A DNA stretch of 64,000 nucleotides. Source: a bacterium (lineage in GTDB: Bacteria; Muiribacteriota; UBA6191). The DNA lies in assembly GCA_036339875.1 (NCBI GenBank), contig JAYZAC010000095.1, positions 1-64,000 on the forward strand, given 5' to 3'. This document shows, in pieces, positions 40,425-49,293 of the stretch. Each line of letters opens with the position of its first letter. Position 1 is the first letter of the stretch. The notes beneath the pieces are model-generated. The model was not told the DNA's origin and made no database searches. It was given only the letters and a program-made list of their open reading frames with translations. The translations under genes were made by a program, and so were the position numbers.

Positions 40425-41470
40425 GAAGCAACCTTCTTTACAGCCACCTTACGGAGACGATAATTCTCTAACTCAAGTACGTGAAATTCTAAATCTTGAA
40501 GTTTCAAGCTATCTCCAGCACTAGGCAAATAACCAAAATGCTGAAATACATATCCACCAAGAGTTTCAACTTCCTCATCTTCACTGGATAAAGAACAACC
40601 GATAATCTCCTCTACATCATCTAAATCGATTTTAGCATCAAAAACCCATTGCTTACCCTCAGAAGTATGCAATAAACTTTCATCATCATTTCGACGGTCT
40701 TGCACATCTCCAACAATTGTTTCCATAAGATCCTCTAGAGTAACAATTCCTGTGATCACTCCAAATTCATCAACTACAATTGCCATCTGAATCATACGTT
40801 TTTGAAATTCTTGCAATAAAACCAATTGCGACATTAATTCAGGAACGTAATATGCCTCTTTAATATGTTCCACCACGGAGAAGGAACTCAACTCGATATT
40901 CGAAAGCTCGGTAACATTGCAGTTTTCATAGGCATCTGAGATTTTACCGATAAGGTGCTTCGTGTAAATTATGCCAACGATATTGTCTTTTTCACCCTCA
41001 AAAACAGGAATTCTCGAATAAGGAGTAAAATCAGAATGTGCAAGCAGACCTGCGATATTTTGCTTTGACGATATTTTGAAAACGTCGTTGATTGGAACCA
41101 TAGCTTCCTTCACAGAACCATCTGCAAAATCAAACAAACCTTCTCTCAGTCGTTCTCGAGAGTCTTGATCTAAATTATCAGAAGGTGAGTCAACTTTCGA
41201 AGTCGAGAAACAAATCATCCTAGGTAAATAATGCGAAAAAACAAGAAGCAAAAGTAGAAAAATTCGTTTATCTAGACTATCAACGCCAGATAAATACAAC
41301 TTGAATTCATAGAGCAGTAAACTAAGCATCATCAAAACAAGCAACTCATACAACATTGAGCTCCGTAGAAAACTGGGCAAATCTCTATTAAACTCTAAAC
41401 TTCTTCTTAAAAATCGATAGCAAGCAAAGGCTAACGATACAATTATTATAATCCAAAGCTCATAATTCAC
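40421..41470 (-). CDS. HlyC/CorC-type CBS-domain protein
   Basis: AMVP, YSRIPVFEG, MAIVVDEFG, TLEDLMETIVGD, ETLGG. Likely GTG start at 41470. Confidence 0.88.
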   Translation of the reverse strand: MNYELWIIIIVSLAFACYRFLRRSLEFNRDLPSFLRSSMLYELLVLMMLSLLLYEFKLYLSGVDSLDKRIFLLLLLVFSHYLPRMICFSTSKVDSPSDNLDQDSRERLREGLFDFADGSVKEAMVPINDVFKISSKQNIAGLLAHSDFTPYSRIPVFEGEKDNIVGIIYTKHLIGKISDAYENCNVTELSNIELSSFSVVEHIKEAYYVPELMSQLVLLQEFQKRMIQMAIVVDEFGVITGIVTLEDLMETIVGDVQDRRNDDESLLHTSEGKQWVFDAKIDLDDVEEIIGCSLSSEDEEVETLGGYVFQHFGYLPSAGDSLKLQDLEFHVLELENYRLRKVAVKKVAS

Positions 41471-42911
41471 TTTTTTGAGACTCCCACTCCAGAAAATCAT
41501 TTAAAATTTCATACTGAACTTTCATCATCTGCTTATAATCATTTTCATTTTTATGAGTCCACCCGTGTAAATGTAACAGTCCATGAATTATCAAGAAAAA
41601 AGTAAGTTTCAACTGAGATTTTAATCCAAATTGATCCTCCATAGCATTTACACATAAATAAATATCACCCATAGAACCCAAGGGATCATTCTCAGGAGCC
41701 TCAAGTTCAAAAGTCAATATATCGGTTGCCCCAGATTTACCTCGATAACTTTGGTTCAAATCTGCCATTTGTAAGTCATTCAAAAACGTAACACTCAATT
41801 GTCGATAAAATCTAACATCGCCTCTTTCAATTATTTTGCCCCAACAATAAGTCAAAAAAGTCTCAAAAGAGTCACTTGATATCTCCTCAGGTAATGAATT
41901 TACTTCAAACAATGGAGTTTCTTCCGTCGAAGCTTGAATGTCAATTGTATCTGACTTAGGCAAAAAACCATCGAGGTCAAGACTACTTTTTTGTACCTTA
42001 AATTCCTGCAAAATCAATCTCCCGCAACGATCTCTATCCACTTTTCGACCACTCAAAAAATAACCCTTCTTGGTCGCAATTAAATCTAAAAATTGCTCCC
42101 AATCTTGCAAAGCCTCACTCAGACTAACACCTAAAAAATTACTTTCTAAACCTTGATCAAATGAGTTTTTTAAGAGAAAAAATGCTAATTCCTCGTTATC
42201 GTATTCTTTATTCGAGATCATGCGGCAAAGAGCAAACTTAAGTCTTTGCTCCGTATCGCTAGCCTGCGCTAAAGTTGCTACTCCAGGTGTATCTAATAAA
42301 TAACAGTTTTCTGATAATTTTATCCATTGACGACCTTTAGTAATACCTGGAGCATTAGCTACACGAACGACTCGTTTTTTTCGTAAAGTATTTATCAGCG
42401 TCGACTTTCCTACATTGGGTAGCCCAACTACACAGATTCTTAGAACTTTAAGAATCGAACTGGTAGGCATATATTTTTTGGTCAGTTGATCAAAGATCTT
42501 CAGTATTTGACCCGGCTTCTTAGTTGTTTCAATTGCTACTGCAGCTAATCCACGATTCTTAAATTCTGCTATTACAGCATCTCTGTAGAAATCGCTAACT
42601 AAATCAGCCTTGCTTAAGAAAATGACTCGGGCCTTTGATTCAAATTTAGTATCTAAAAAACGAACTCTAGAACTTATCGGTAGACGAATATCGCGTATTT
42701 CAATTACAAGACTGCAATCCTTTATATCTTGATAAATAGTTGGTGTAGAGGACTTCGTCGATTTAGAACTGGACTTACTTTTGACGGTAGTCTTTATCGA
42801 TGCGCCTTTCTTGCTAGTTCTAGAAGTGGAATTAGGCTTAGGGTCACAATTATTTGTGGAACACCACTTTTTAGCTTTAGTGTTAGGTTTATTGCGTTTT
42901 GCTCGGGGCAT
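41460..42911 (-). CDS. rbgA-ybeY: Fusion of RbgA/YlqF-like circularly permuted GTPase and YbeY rRNA-maturation RNase
   Basis: N-part DIRLP, SKAD (G4), GLPNVGKS (G1), PGITK (G2), DTPG (G3). C-part LN..YRGK...TDILTF, GDIYL, IHGLLHLHGWTH. One uninterrupted ORF. Confidence 0.88.
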   Translation of the reverse strand: MPRAKRNKPNTKAKKWCSTNNCDPKPNSTSRTSKKGASIKTTVKSKSSSKSTKSSTPTIYQDIKDCSLVIEIRDIRLPISSRVRFLDTKFESKARVIFLSKADLVSDFYRDAVIAEFKNRGLAAVAIETTKKPGQILKIFDQLTKKYMPTSSILKVLRICVVGLPNVGKSTLINTLRKKRVVRVANAPGITKGRQWIKLSENCYLLDTPGVATLAQASDTEQRLKFALCRMISNKEYDNEELAFFLLKNSFDQGLESNFLGVSLSEALQDWEQFLDLIATKKGYFLSGRKVDRDRCGRLILQEFKVQKSSLDLDGFLPKSDTIDIQASTEETPLFEVNSLPEEISSDSFETFLTYCWGKIIERGDVRFYRQLSVTFLNDLQMADLNQSYRGKSGATDILTFELEAPENDPLGSMGDIYLCVNAMEDQFGLKSQLKLTFFLIIHGLLHLHGWTHKNENDYKQMMKVQYEILNDFLEWESQKSEL

Positions 42912-42943
42912 CTTAACGTAATCTTACCAATTTAATGTGAATG

Positions 42944-42979
42944 ACAAAAGACCGGTCATTGAGATATAAACCGGTCTTT
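42944..42979 (-). terminator. Intrinsic terminator after rplS
   Basis: Perfect 10-bp inverted repeat AAAGACCGGT-N13-ACCGGTCTTT ending in T-rich sequence. Confidence 0.7.
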
Positions 42980-43012
42980 AGTTTCTGACAATGATTTAAT
43001 ATTCAAAAGGTA

Positions 43013-43378
43013 CTATTTCTCGCCATCTTTGCGAGTGCGTATCTTTATTTTGGTAGCACGCTTCCCTACTCTATCTCTTAAATAGAACAGTTTAGCTCGT
43101 CGAACCTTACCTGACTGAATCACTTCGACTTTTTCAATAGAGGGTGAATGATATGGGAAGACGCGCTCAACACCAATTCCCCCACTAATTTTCCGCACTC
43201 GGAACGTTTTATTGGTACTGCCATGCTTGCGGCCGATACATATTCCCTGAAACTGCTGAATTCGCTCTTTATTACCTTCGGTAACTTTCACATGTACACG
43301 AACCGTGTCTCCCACTCTAAAATCGGGATAGTTCTTTTCGACTTCAGCTTCTTTATTTAACTGCTGGATCAAATCCAT
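43013..43378 (-). CDS. rplS: 50S ribosomal protein L19
   Basis: [41 protein letters not shown]. Confidence 0.98.
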   Translation of the reverse strand: MDLIQQLNKEAEVEKNYPDFRVGDTVRVHVKVTEGNKERIQQFQGICIGRKHGSTNKTFRVRKISGGIGVERVFPYHSPSIEKVEVIQSGKVRRAKLFYLRDRVGKRATKIKIRTRKDGEK

Positions 43379-44147
43379 GATCGCTCTTCCTCTCCTCGAT
43401 GAGCTTGCCCATCTTGTACTTATTCAACAACTTCTTCTGACTCTCGTCCAATGGATATTGGTACCATAAATCCGGACGCTTCTCAGCAGTCTTCTTTGCT
43501 GACTCCAGAAATCTCCATTCGGAAATCAATTTATGATTACCCGATAATAACACTTCCGGTACCTCATACCCTCTATATTCTGCTGGCCTAGTGTAAACCG
43601 GTGCTCCTAAAAGCCCCGCATAGTGACTGTCCGAACTGATACTTTCGTAATCCGATACTGCCCCAGGCAACAATCTCGCAAGTGAATCGATAATTACGAG
43701 TGCAGGTAACTCGCCCCCGCTGAGTACGTAATCGCCAATACTAATTGTCCCGTCGATATACTCACGTACTCGTTCATCAATTCCCTTGAAGTGACCACAC
43801 AACAATATAATGTGACTCTCTTTTGCCAATTCAAGTGCGAGCCGCTGATTATACACACAACCATCTGCTCCTGTCATCAATACTTTTTGTTCGGAGGTTT
43901 TTTTTTCTGGATCACAACCCAGCAAGTCGCGTAGGCATTCGTAGAATGGTTCAACACCTAGAACCATACCTGCTCCACCACCATAAGGATTATCATCCAC
44001 ACTACAATGCCTATCCCTTCCATACTTTCGAAGAGACACCAACTTGATCTGAAGAGCACCCGCTTTCTGAGCGTTTTTTACTATGCTACTCTGAAGTACA
44101 TCATAAAAATTACCGGGAAATAAAGTGACGACATCAATTTTCAACAA
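43353..44147 (-). CDS. trmD: tRNA (guanine-N1)-methyltransferase
   Basis: [44 protein letters not shown]. Confidence 0.97.
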   Translation of the reverse strand: MLKIDVVTLFPGNFYDVLQSSIVKNAQKAGALQIKLVSLRKYGRDRHCSVDDNPYGGGAGMVLGVEPFYECLRDLLGCDPEKKTSEQKVLMTGADGCVYNQRLALELAKESHIILLCGHFKGIDERVREYIDGTISIGDYVLSGGELPALVIIDSLARLLPGAVSDYESISSDSHYAGLLGAPVYTRPAEYRGYEVPEVLLSGNHKLISEWRFLESAKKTAEKRPDLWYQYPLDESQKKLLNKYKMGKLIEERKSDHGFDPAVK

Positions 44148-44166
44148 TTAGCACTCCCTAAGAAAA

Positions 44167-44700
44167 CTAAATTACAGATAATGGCGTGAATTGATCAGAC
44201 AGGATAATACGACCTGACTCTAAATCAACCTCATCCACTAATGCCCTGACAAAAGGTACCAGAGTCTCTTTGCGACCCTTTATAACCTGCATTACTGGAT
44301 TTGACGGATACTCCTCTAAACGCTTAACAACACCTAGCACACTACCAGTTGAAGTGATAACCTGAAGACCAAGCAATTCATCAGCATAAAAATCACCATC
44401 TTCCAACTCTAGTCTATCTAATTCTGGAGGAAGAAACAGGTAGACATTACGAATGTGCTGCACCGATTCAACTCCGTCATAACCCTCAAATTTGATTAAA
44501 ACATCTTCACCATGCCAGCGACTGTCTTGGATAACTAATTGCTTACCAACCTGCTCATTATCCAACCCAAGAATTATTGTGTCTCCCGGTGCAAACCTTT
44601 CATCAATAAATTCCGTCAATGGTGTAACTTTGATGTACCCATGCAATCCATGAGGCTTCCTCGCAAAACCAACCTTGATTGATTGTTTATTCTTGGCCAT
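44167..44700 (-). CDS. rimM: Ribosome maturation factor RimM
   Basis: HGLHG, FY..ELLGL.V, LVPFV. Canonical position before trmD. Confidence 0.95.
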   Translation of the reverse strand: MAKNKQSIKVGFARKPHGLHGYIKVTPLTEFIDERFAPGDTIILGLDNEQVGKQLVIQDSRWHGEDVLIKFEGYDGVESVQHIRNVYLFLPPELDRLELEDGDFYADELLGLQVITSTGSVLGVVKRLEEYPSNPVMQVIKGRKETLVPFVRALVDEVDLESGRIILSDQFTPLSVI

Positions 44701-44709
44701 CAGTACAAG

Positions 44710-45138
44710 CTATAGCTTAACTTCAGTCTTACGTAATTGCTGGACAACGCCATCATCCAATACAACTTCGACACCAGTCATCACAGCATGCCAGTTATCG
44801 CCAATTTGAACTTCAACGGGGGAATCAACTGTTCCATGAACAAATTCCTCGCCAAGTTTCAATTGACCAAGCTCAGCCAACTTCTGCTCCATCTGCCGCC
44901 GAGTACCTTTGAAGCGCTCTTCCTCCATAGCCATCTTTTTCATTATTTCATAGTCGGGCTTTACATCCTTTTCACGACATTGTGCGATGTAACCATCACG
45001 ATGTTCTTGAAAACGAACATAATCCCCTTCCATGGAATCTATCTGACCACGAGTTTCGGTAGACAAAATATTAATAAGTTTTTCAGTTACGATAGATTTA
45101 ACAACTACTTTGCGAATTACTCGAATAGCTTCACTCAT
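44710..45138 (-). CDS. ylqD: YlqD-family protein
   Basis: I.R.V.VK.IVTE, coiled coil, G.V.S.VEV.IGD, DGVV. Lies between khpA and rimM. Confidence 0.8.
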   Translation of the reverse strand: MSEAIRVIRKVVVKSIVTEKLINILSTETRGQIDSMEGDYVRFQEHRDGYIAQCREKDVKPDYEIMKKMAMEEERFKGTRRQMEQKLAELGQLKLGEEFVHGTVDSPVEVQIGDNWHAVMTGVEVVLDDGVVQQLRKTEVKL

Positions 45139-45365
45139 GAAAGAACCTCAATTACAACTTTCTTGTCATTCTTATTTAATGATGAGCGCACCAAATCACG
45201 AAGTGCATTGATAACTTTACCCTGCTTGCCAATGACTCTACCAAGATCATCTTTGGCCACAGCGATTTCCAAAATTGTGGTTGTTTCACCATCTATCTGC
45301 TTGATATCCAAATTGTCCGGAGCGTCTACCAAATTGGAGAGCACGAAACGAACTAACTCAACCAT
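45135..45365 (-). CDS. khpA: KH-domain RNA-binding protein KhpA (YlqC)
   Basis: LVD.P, DLGRVIGKQG (GXXG loop). ATG 45365 after AGAGG. Confidence 0.92.
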   Translation of the reverse strand: MVELVRFVLSNLVDAPDNLDIKQIDGETTTILEIAVAKDDLGRVIGKQGKVINALRDLVRSSLNKNDKKVVIEVLS

Positions 45366-45366
45366 A

Positions 45367-45618
45367 TTAATCCTCTTGTTCAAGAACCTTATTCTTCTTG
45401 ACGAAATTGCTTACGGTATCACTCATTACAGCACCTTTATCTAAATAGTGCTTCAAGCGATCTACTTTAACTTCAAATTTAGGCGTTTTTGCACAAGGAT
45501 GATAATAACCAATTTCCTCGATATTACGTCCATCACGTTTATTTTTTCGTTCTGCTGCAACAATACGATAGTGCGGACTACGCTTTGCACCGCCACGCTT
45601 TAGTCGAACTACGACCAT
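45367..45618 (-). CDS. rpsP: 30S ribosomal protein S16
   Basis: VRLKRGG.K..P.YRIV, RDG..IEEIG.Y.P, GA..SDTV. Confidence 0.97.
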   Translation of the reverse strand: MVVVRLKRGGAKRSPHYRIVAAERKNKRDGRNIEEIGYYHPCAKTPKFEVKVDRLKHYLDKGAVMSDTVSNFVKKNKVLEQED

Positions 45619-45626
45619 AATTCCTC

Positions 45627-46970
45627 CTAGATTTTAAATGGCAACCCACCCCCGCCCAAAAGTTTGGTCGGGTTTAACATTCCCATCTTCTTAAATTGTT
45701 TCATCATTTGTTTCATTTGCTCAAACTGTCTGATCAGCTGATTAATTTGCTGAACATCTGTTCCCGAGCCTCTGGCAATTCGTCGACGACGAGATGCATT
45801 AAGCACCTCTGGATTATAACGCTCCTCGATAGTCATTGATCGGATTATCGCTAGTGTTCGTTTCATTTCATCACCAACTCCTCCGAACTGACCCTTAAAC
45901 TGAGCCATACCAGGGATCATCTTCAATAACTCCTCTAGCGGACCCATTTTGTTCATCATCTCTAATTGTTCCAAAAAATCAACGAGATTAAACTGCCCGC
46001 TGCCCATACGTCTTTGCATACGCTTTGCTTTAGACTCATCCATTACGCCACTGGCTTTCTCGATAAGACCCATTACATCGCCCATGCCCAGAATTCTTTG
46101 TGCCATACGCTCCGGATCAAACAACTCTAAGCCATCTAACTTTTCACCGATCCCAATAAACTTGATAGGTTTAGCGATCGTCTCTCTTATGGAAAGTGCG
46201 GCTCCACCCCTAGCGTCTCCATCAATTTTACTCAAAATCACGCCAGTTAAACCAAGACGTTGATCAAACGCTTGAGAAACTCGAACTGCTTCTTGGCCAG
46301 TCATAGCGTCGATTACCAATAAAATTTCTTGTGGTTTAACTTCATCCTTAAGACGTTCCAACTCACCCATGAGGTTATCATCTATCTGAAGACGGCCAGC
46401 AGTATCAACTATGACCAACTGGTGCCCATCAGCCTTAGCTCTTTCGATACCAGCCATTGCTATTTGCACGGGGTCGCTATCTGTACCTTGCTCGTAGAAA
46501 CCAGCTTGCACCTGTTTAGCCACAGTCTCTAACTGTTGAACTGCGGCAGGTCGGTAGATATCACATGCTACTAACAGAGGTTTATGTTTGGCATATCGTT
46601 TAGCTAGTTTACCTGTAGTAGTTGTTTTTCCAGAGCCCTGCAAGCCAACCATTAGAATTTTATTAAGACGCCCGTTTTCTATGGCTAAATCTTCAGGGGT
46701 TTTCCCCATAACCTCTACCAGCTTCTCGTGAACTAACTTAATAAATTGTTTTCCAGGGTCAAGATTTGAATCAACCTCACTACCCAAAACTTGGTCTCTT
46801 ATTGAGCTTACGAAGGACTTAACAATTTTCATGTTAACGTCAGCTTCCAATAAAGCCATCTTAACTTCGCGAAGAGCTTCCTTGATATTATCTTCGGTAA
46901 GCTTGCCCTGACCTTGCAAATTTCGCAAAGTTCCTTGCAACCGATCAGATAAATTACCGAATACTTCCAT
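45627..46970 (-). CDS. ffh: Signal recognition particle protein Ffh
   Basis: ALLEADV, GLQGSGKTT, DTAGR, DGDARGGAALS, M-domain SRRRRIARGSG. Confidence 0.98.
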   Translation of the reverse strand: MEVFGNLSDRLQGTLRNLQGQGKLTEDNIKEALREVKMALLEADVNMKIVKSFVSSIRDQVLGSEVDSNLDPGKQFIKLVHEKLVEVMGKTPEDLAIENGRLNKILMVGLQGSGKTTTTGKLAKRYAKHKPLLVACDIYRPAAVQQLETVAKQVQAGFYEQGTDSDPVQIAMAGIERAKADGHQLVIVDTAGRLQIDDNLMGELERLKDEVKPQEILLVIDAMTGQEAVRVSQAFDQRLGLTGVILSKIDGDARGGAALSIRETIAKPIKFIGIGEKLDGLELFDPERMAQRILGMGDVMGLIEKASGVMDESKAKRMQRRMGSGQFNLVDFLEQLEMMNKMGPLEELLKMIPGMAQFKGQFGGVGDEMKRTLAIIRSMTIEERYNPEVLNASRRRRIARGSGTDVQQINQLIRQFEQMKQMMKQFKKMGMLNPTKLLGGGGLPFKI

Positions 46971-47005
46971 TTTTATATCTCAAATTAACCAAATTTAATG
47001 TACAG

Positions 47006-47035
47006 CAAACAAACGCCGACAGCGATAGCCGGGCG
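47006..47035 (-). terminator. GC-rich hairpin with T-rich tail upstream of ffh (terminator or attenuator)
   Basis: Minus strand CGCC-CGGC-TATC-GCTG-TC-GGCG followed by TTTGTTTG. Confidence 0.45.
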
Positions 47036-47050
47036 AATATAGAGCGAGGA

Positions 47051-47079
47051 AGATTACCAGATGAAAAATATAGAGTCAA
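47051..47079 (-). promoter_or_regulatory. Candidate sigma70 promoter for the ffh-rplS operon
   Basis: Minus strand TTGACT-N17-TG(G)TAATCT, i.e. TTGACT-N17-TAATCT with a TG at the extended -10 position. Confidence 0.55.
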
Positions 47080-48512
47080 TGTTTATTAGTGTTTGAACTC
47101 AATAGTTTCTCAAACTCTACGGTTTCCAACATAGACTTGAAGCAAGCATTAGAGCGTGCCATCTGGATATATTTTTCATCTCCATCAACAGCACACTTAA
47201 GATTTCTTATCGCAAGCTTAAATTTTCCCATCAGCGAGTATATGGATGCACGATAATAATAAAGTACAGGTAAATTCTTAAACTTCTTCAAACCTAGATT
47301 AACAGTTTTCAATGCTTCTTCGAACTCACCACGACCCATGTAGAAGAGAAATAAACTATGGTAAAGATTGATATTTTTAGGCCTAACTTTTTGTAATGAA
47401 TCTAAAGCCTCATGAATGAGATCGCATCGATGTGCTGATTCGAGATACAACAAAAAAAGATCGACTGAATCTCCCTTTAGATCGAGAGATCTTTTAAGAT
47501 TTTCATATGCTAAAGTATTTTTGTTTAGCTCCAAAAGAACTCGACCTAGCTGATAATAGCACTGAGACATTTCATCTATATCAGAAGCTAATTTTAAGGC
47601 ACCACGAAAACTGGAACGAGCAAGTCTTAATCGAGAATTCTGCAAATGACATCTACCTAAATTAAACAAAGCCTCGAATGTTTCTTCAATTTTCAAAGAT
47701 TGAGATAAATAAGACTGAGCAGCATCTAGCCTACCTGATTCTAAATACATTAAACCCATATTATTTAATACAGTTGGGTCTTCGGGAATTAGTTGTAATA
47801 CTTTGCGATAGGTTCCGTGAGCTCTCTCTAGCTGTCCCATTTTATATTGACAACTTGCTAGAGACATTAATACATCGATTAAATCCTCTTCTTCCTCTAA
47901 ATTAGGAATCATCTTTTGGTAACAATCGATAGCCTCTAAAAACTTATTCATATCTTCAAGAACTTGCGCTTTACCTAAATTTGCTTCAAAGAATTCAGGA
48001 CTAGTTTTCAAGCATTGATCAAAATAAAATAATGCCTTTTCGAATTCACCTAACTGATGCAAGATCTCACCTAAATAATTATGAATTCTAGGAGAACCTT
48101 TTCCTAACTTAAACAAAACTAGAAAGGATTCGCGAGCCTCTTCTAACTCTCCCATAGCATAATGTAGTAGTCCCAAACGCTCAATCCCAAGTGGATCATG
48201 TGGATTCATCGAGAATACTTTTTTTATAAAAAATTCGGCTTCATCCCATCTTTCTTGAATCAGAAGTAAGTAACCTAAATCCGAATATGCAGCACAGTTT
48301 GTTGGATCTAATTTGATGGAAGTTTGAAATGCCACAATAGCCTCTTCCATCCACTCCATCCTGAAGCAGGTATAAGCTTTTAGATAAAAATAAATGGAAT
48401 CATTTTGAAAACTTGCTTCATGGTCTTGTATCCAATCCCAAGCTTCCTCGAATAACTCACAATCAATCAACTCTTGAAGTTTTTCAAGATCAGCACTCAC
48501 GTTTTGCCTCAT
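47076..48512 (-). CDS. Soluble TPR-repeat protein
   Basis: Regular TPR repeats. C-terminal YYYRASIYSL...A+..L..A+..D..Y...A.....F TPR-terminal pattern. Confidence 0.88.
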   Translation of the reverse strand: MRQNVSADLEKLQELIDCELFEEAWDWIQDHEASFQNDSIYFYLKAYTCFRMEWMEEAIVAFQTSIKLDPTNCAAYSDLGYLLLIQERWDEAEFFIKKVFSMNPHDPLGIERLGLLHYAMGELEEARESFLVLFKLGKGSPRIHNYLGEILHQLGEFEKALFYFDQCLKTSPEFFEANLGKAQVLEDMNKFLEAIDCYQKMIPNLEEEEDLIDVLMSLASCQYKMGQLERAHGTYRKVLQLIPEDPTVLNNMGLMYLESGRLDAAQSYLSQSLKIEETFEALFNLGRCHLQNSRLRLARSSFRGALKLASDIDEMSQCYYQLGRVLLELNKNTLAYENLKRSLDLKGDSVDLFLLYLESAHRCDLIHEALDSLQKVRPKNINLYHSLFLFYMGRGEFEEALKTVNLGLKKFKNLPVLYYYRASIYSLMGKFKLAIRNLKCAVDGDEKYIQMARSNACFKSMLETVEFEKLLSSNTNKH

Positions 48513-49293
48513 CCCACAAAACTTTTTTCTGTTTGTAACTTGCTGTCTTCAAATCTAACTTCTTAGACTCTACTTTCGCCTCTAAGCATTCCCACCGTTT
48601 TCGAAACTTATTCAATGACAATTGAGTCAGCTCTTCGGGTGAGTACCCATGCTCGACGGCTGCTGAGTAAAGTGCCATGAAAATATCCGCAAATTCTTCA
48701 CGCTGTCTTTCGGAGCTTTCCTCCAGAACACTGTGGCGAAATTCTCGCAATTCTTCGTCCACCTTACTAAGAGAATCCTCAGGGCTTTCGAATCTAAATC
48801 CAGCTGACTTAACCTCTTGGTAGATTTTTTCAACTTTTTGAAGGGATGGTAGCGCCCTATATTTTTCGAAAAGACTTGAAGATGACTTCGATGATTTTTC
48901 TTTGGCTTTGATATCACGCCAACTTGTCTGGGGACAATAATCTTTCTGATCAAAATCGGGCTCGAACACGTGTGGATGTCTACGAATAATTTTATCCGAA
49001 ATCTTGCGAGCCACAGTCTCCAGATTGATTCGACCTAAACTACTTTCTTCAAGCAATTGAGCGTGCAAATATATCTGCAGCAGAACATCGCCAAGCTCTT
49101 CCTCCATACCCTCTGGATTTGAGTGATCTACTTCTTCTAAAAATTCATATACTTCCTCTAAAAAGTATTTCTTAAGACTGTCATGATTTTGTTTCAAATC
49201 CCATGGGCAACCAGTCTCCGGATCTCTCAATCTTGCCACAATCTTTCGAAATCTCTGTAGTTCACTACTCTGGGGCGCTACGGAATCATTCAT
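48490..49293 (-). CDS. mazG: MazG-family nucleoside triphosphate pyrophosphohydrolase
   Basis: LR.P..GCPWD..Q, EEVYE, EELGDVLLQ, K.IRRHPHVF, second tandem domain. Confidence 0.93.
   Translation of the reverse strand: MNDSVAPQSSELQRFRKIVARLRDPETGCPWDLKQNHDSLKKYFLEEVYEFLEEVDHSNPEGMEEELGDVLLQIYLHAQLLEESSLGRINLETVARKISDKIIRRHPHVFEPDFDQKDYCPQTSWRDIKAKEKSSKSSSSLFEKYRALPSLQKVEKIYQEVKSAGFRFESPEDSLSKVDEELREFRHSVLEESSERQREEFADIFMALYSAAVEHGYSPEELTQLSLNKFRKRWECLEAKVESKKLDLKTASYKQKKVLWDEAKREC

Noticed and set aside
44737..45444. 235-aa plus-strand ORF
   Set aside because: Antisense to ylqD, khpA and rpsP; a shadow of conserved genes.
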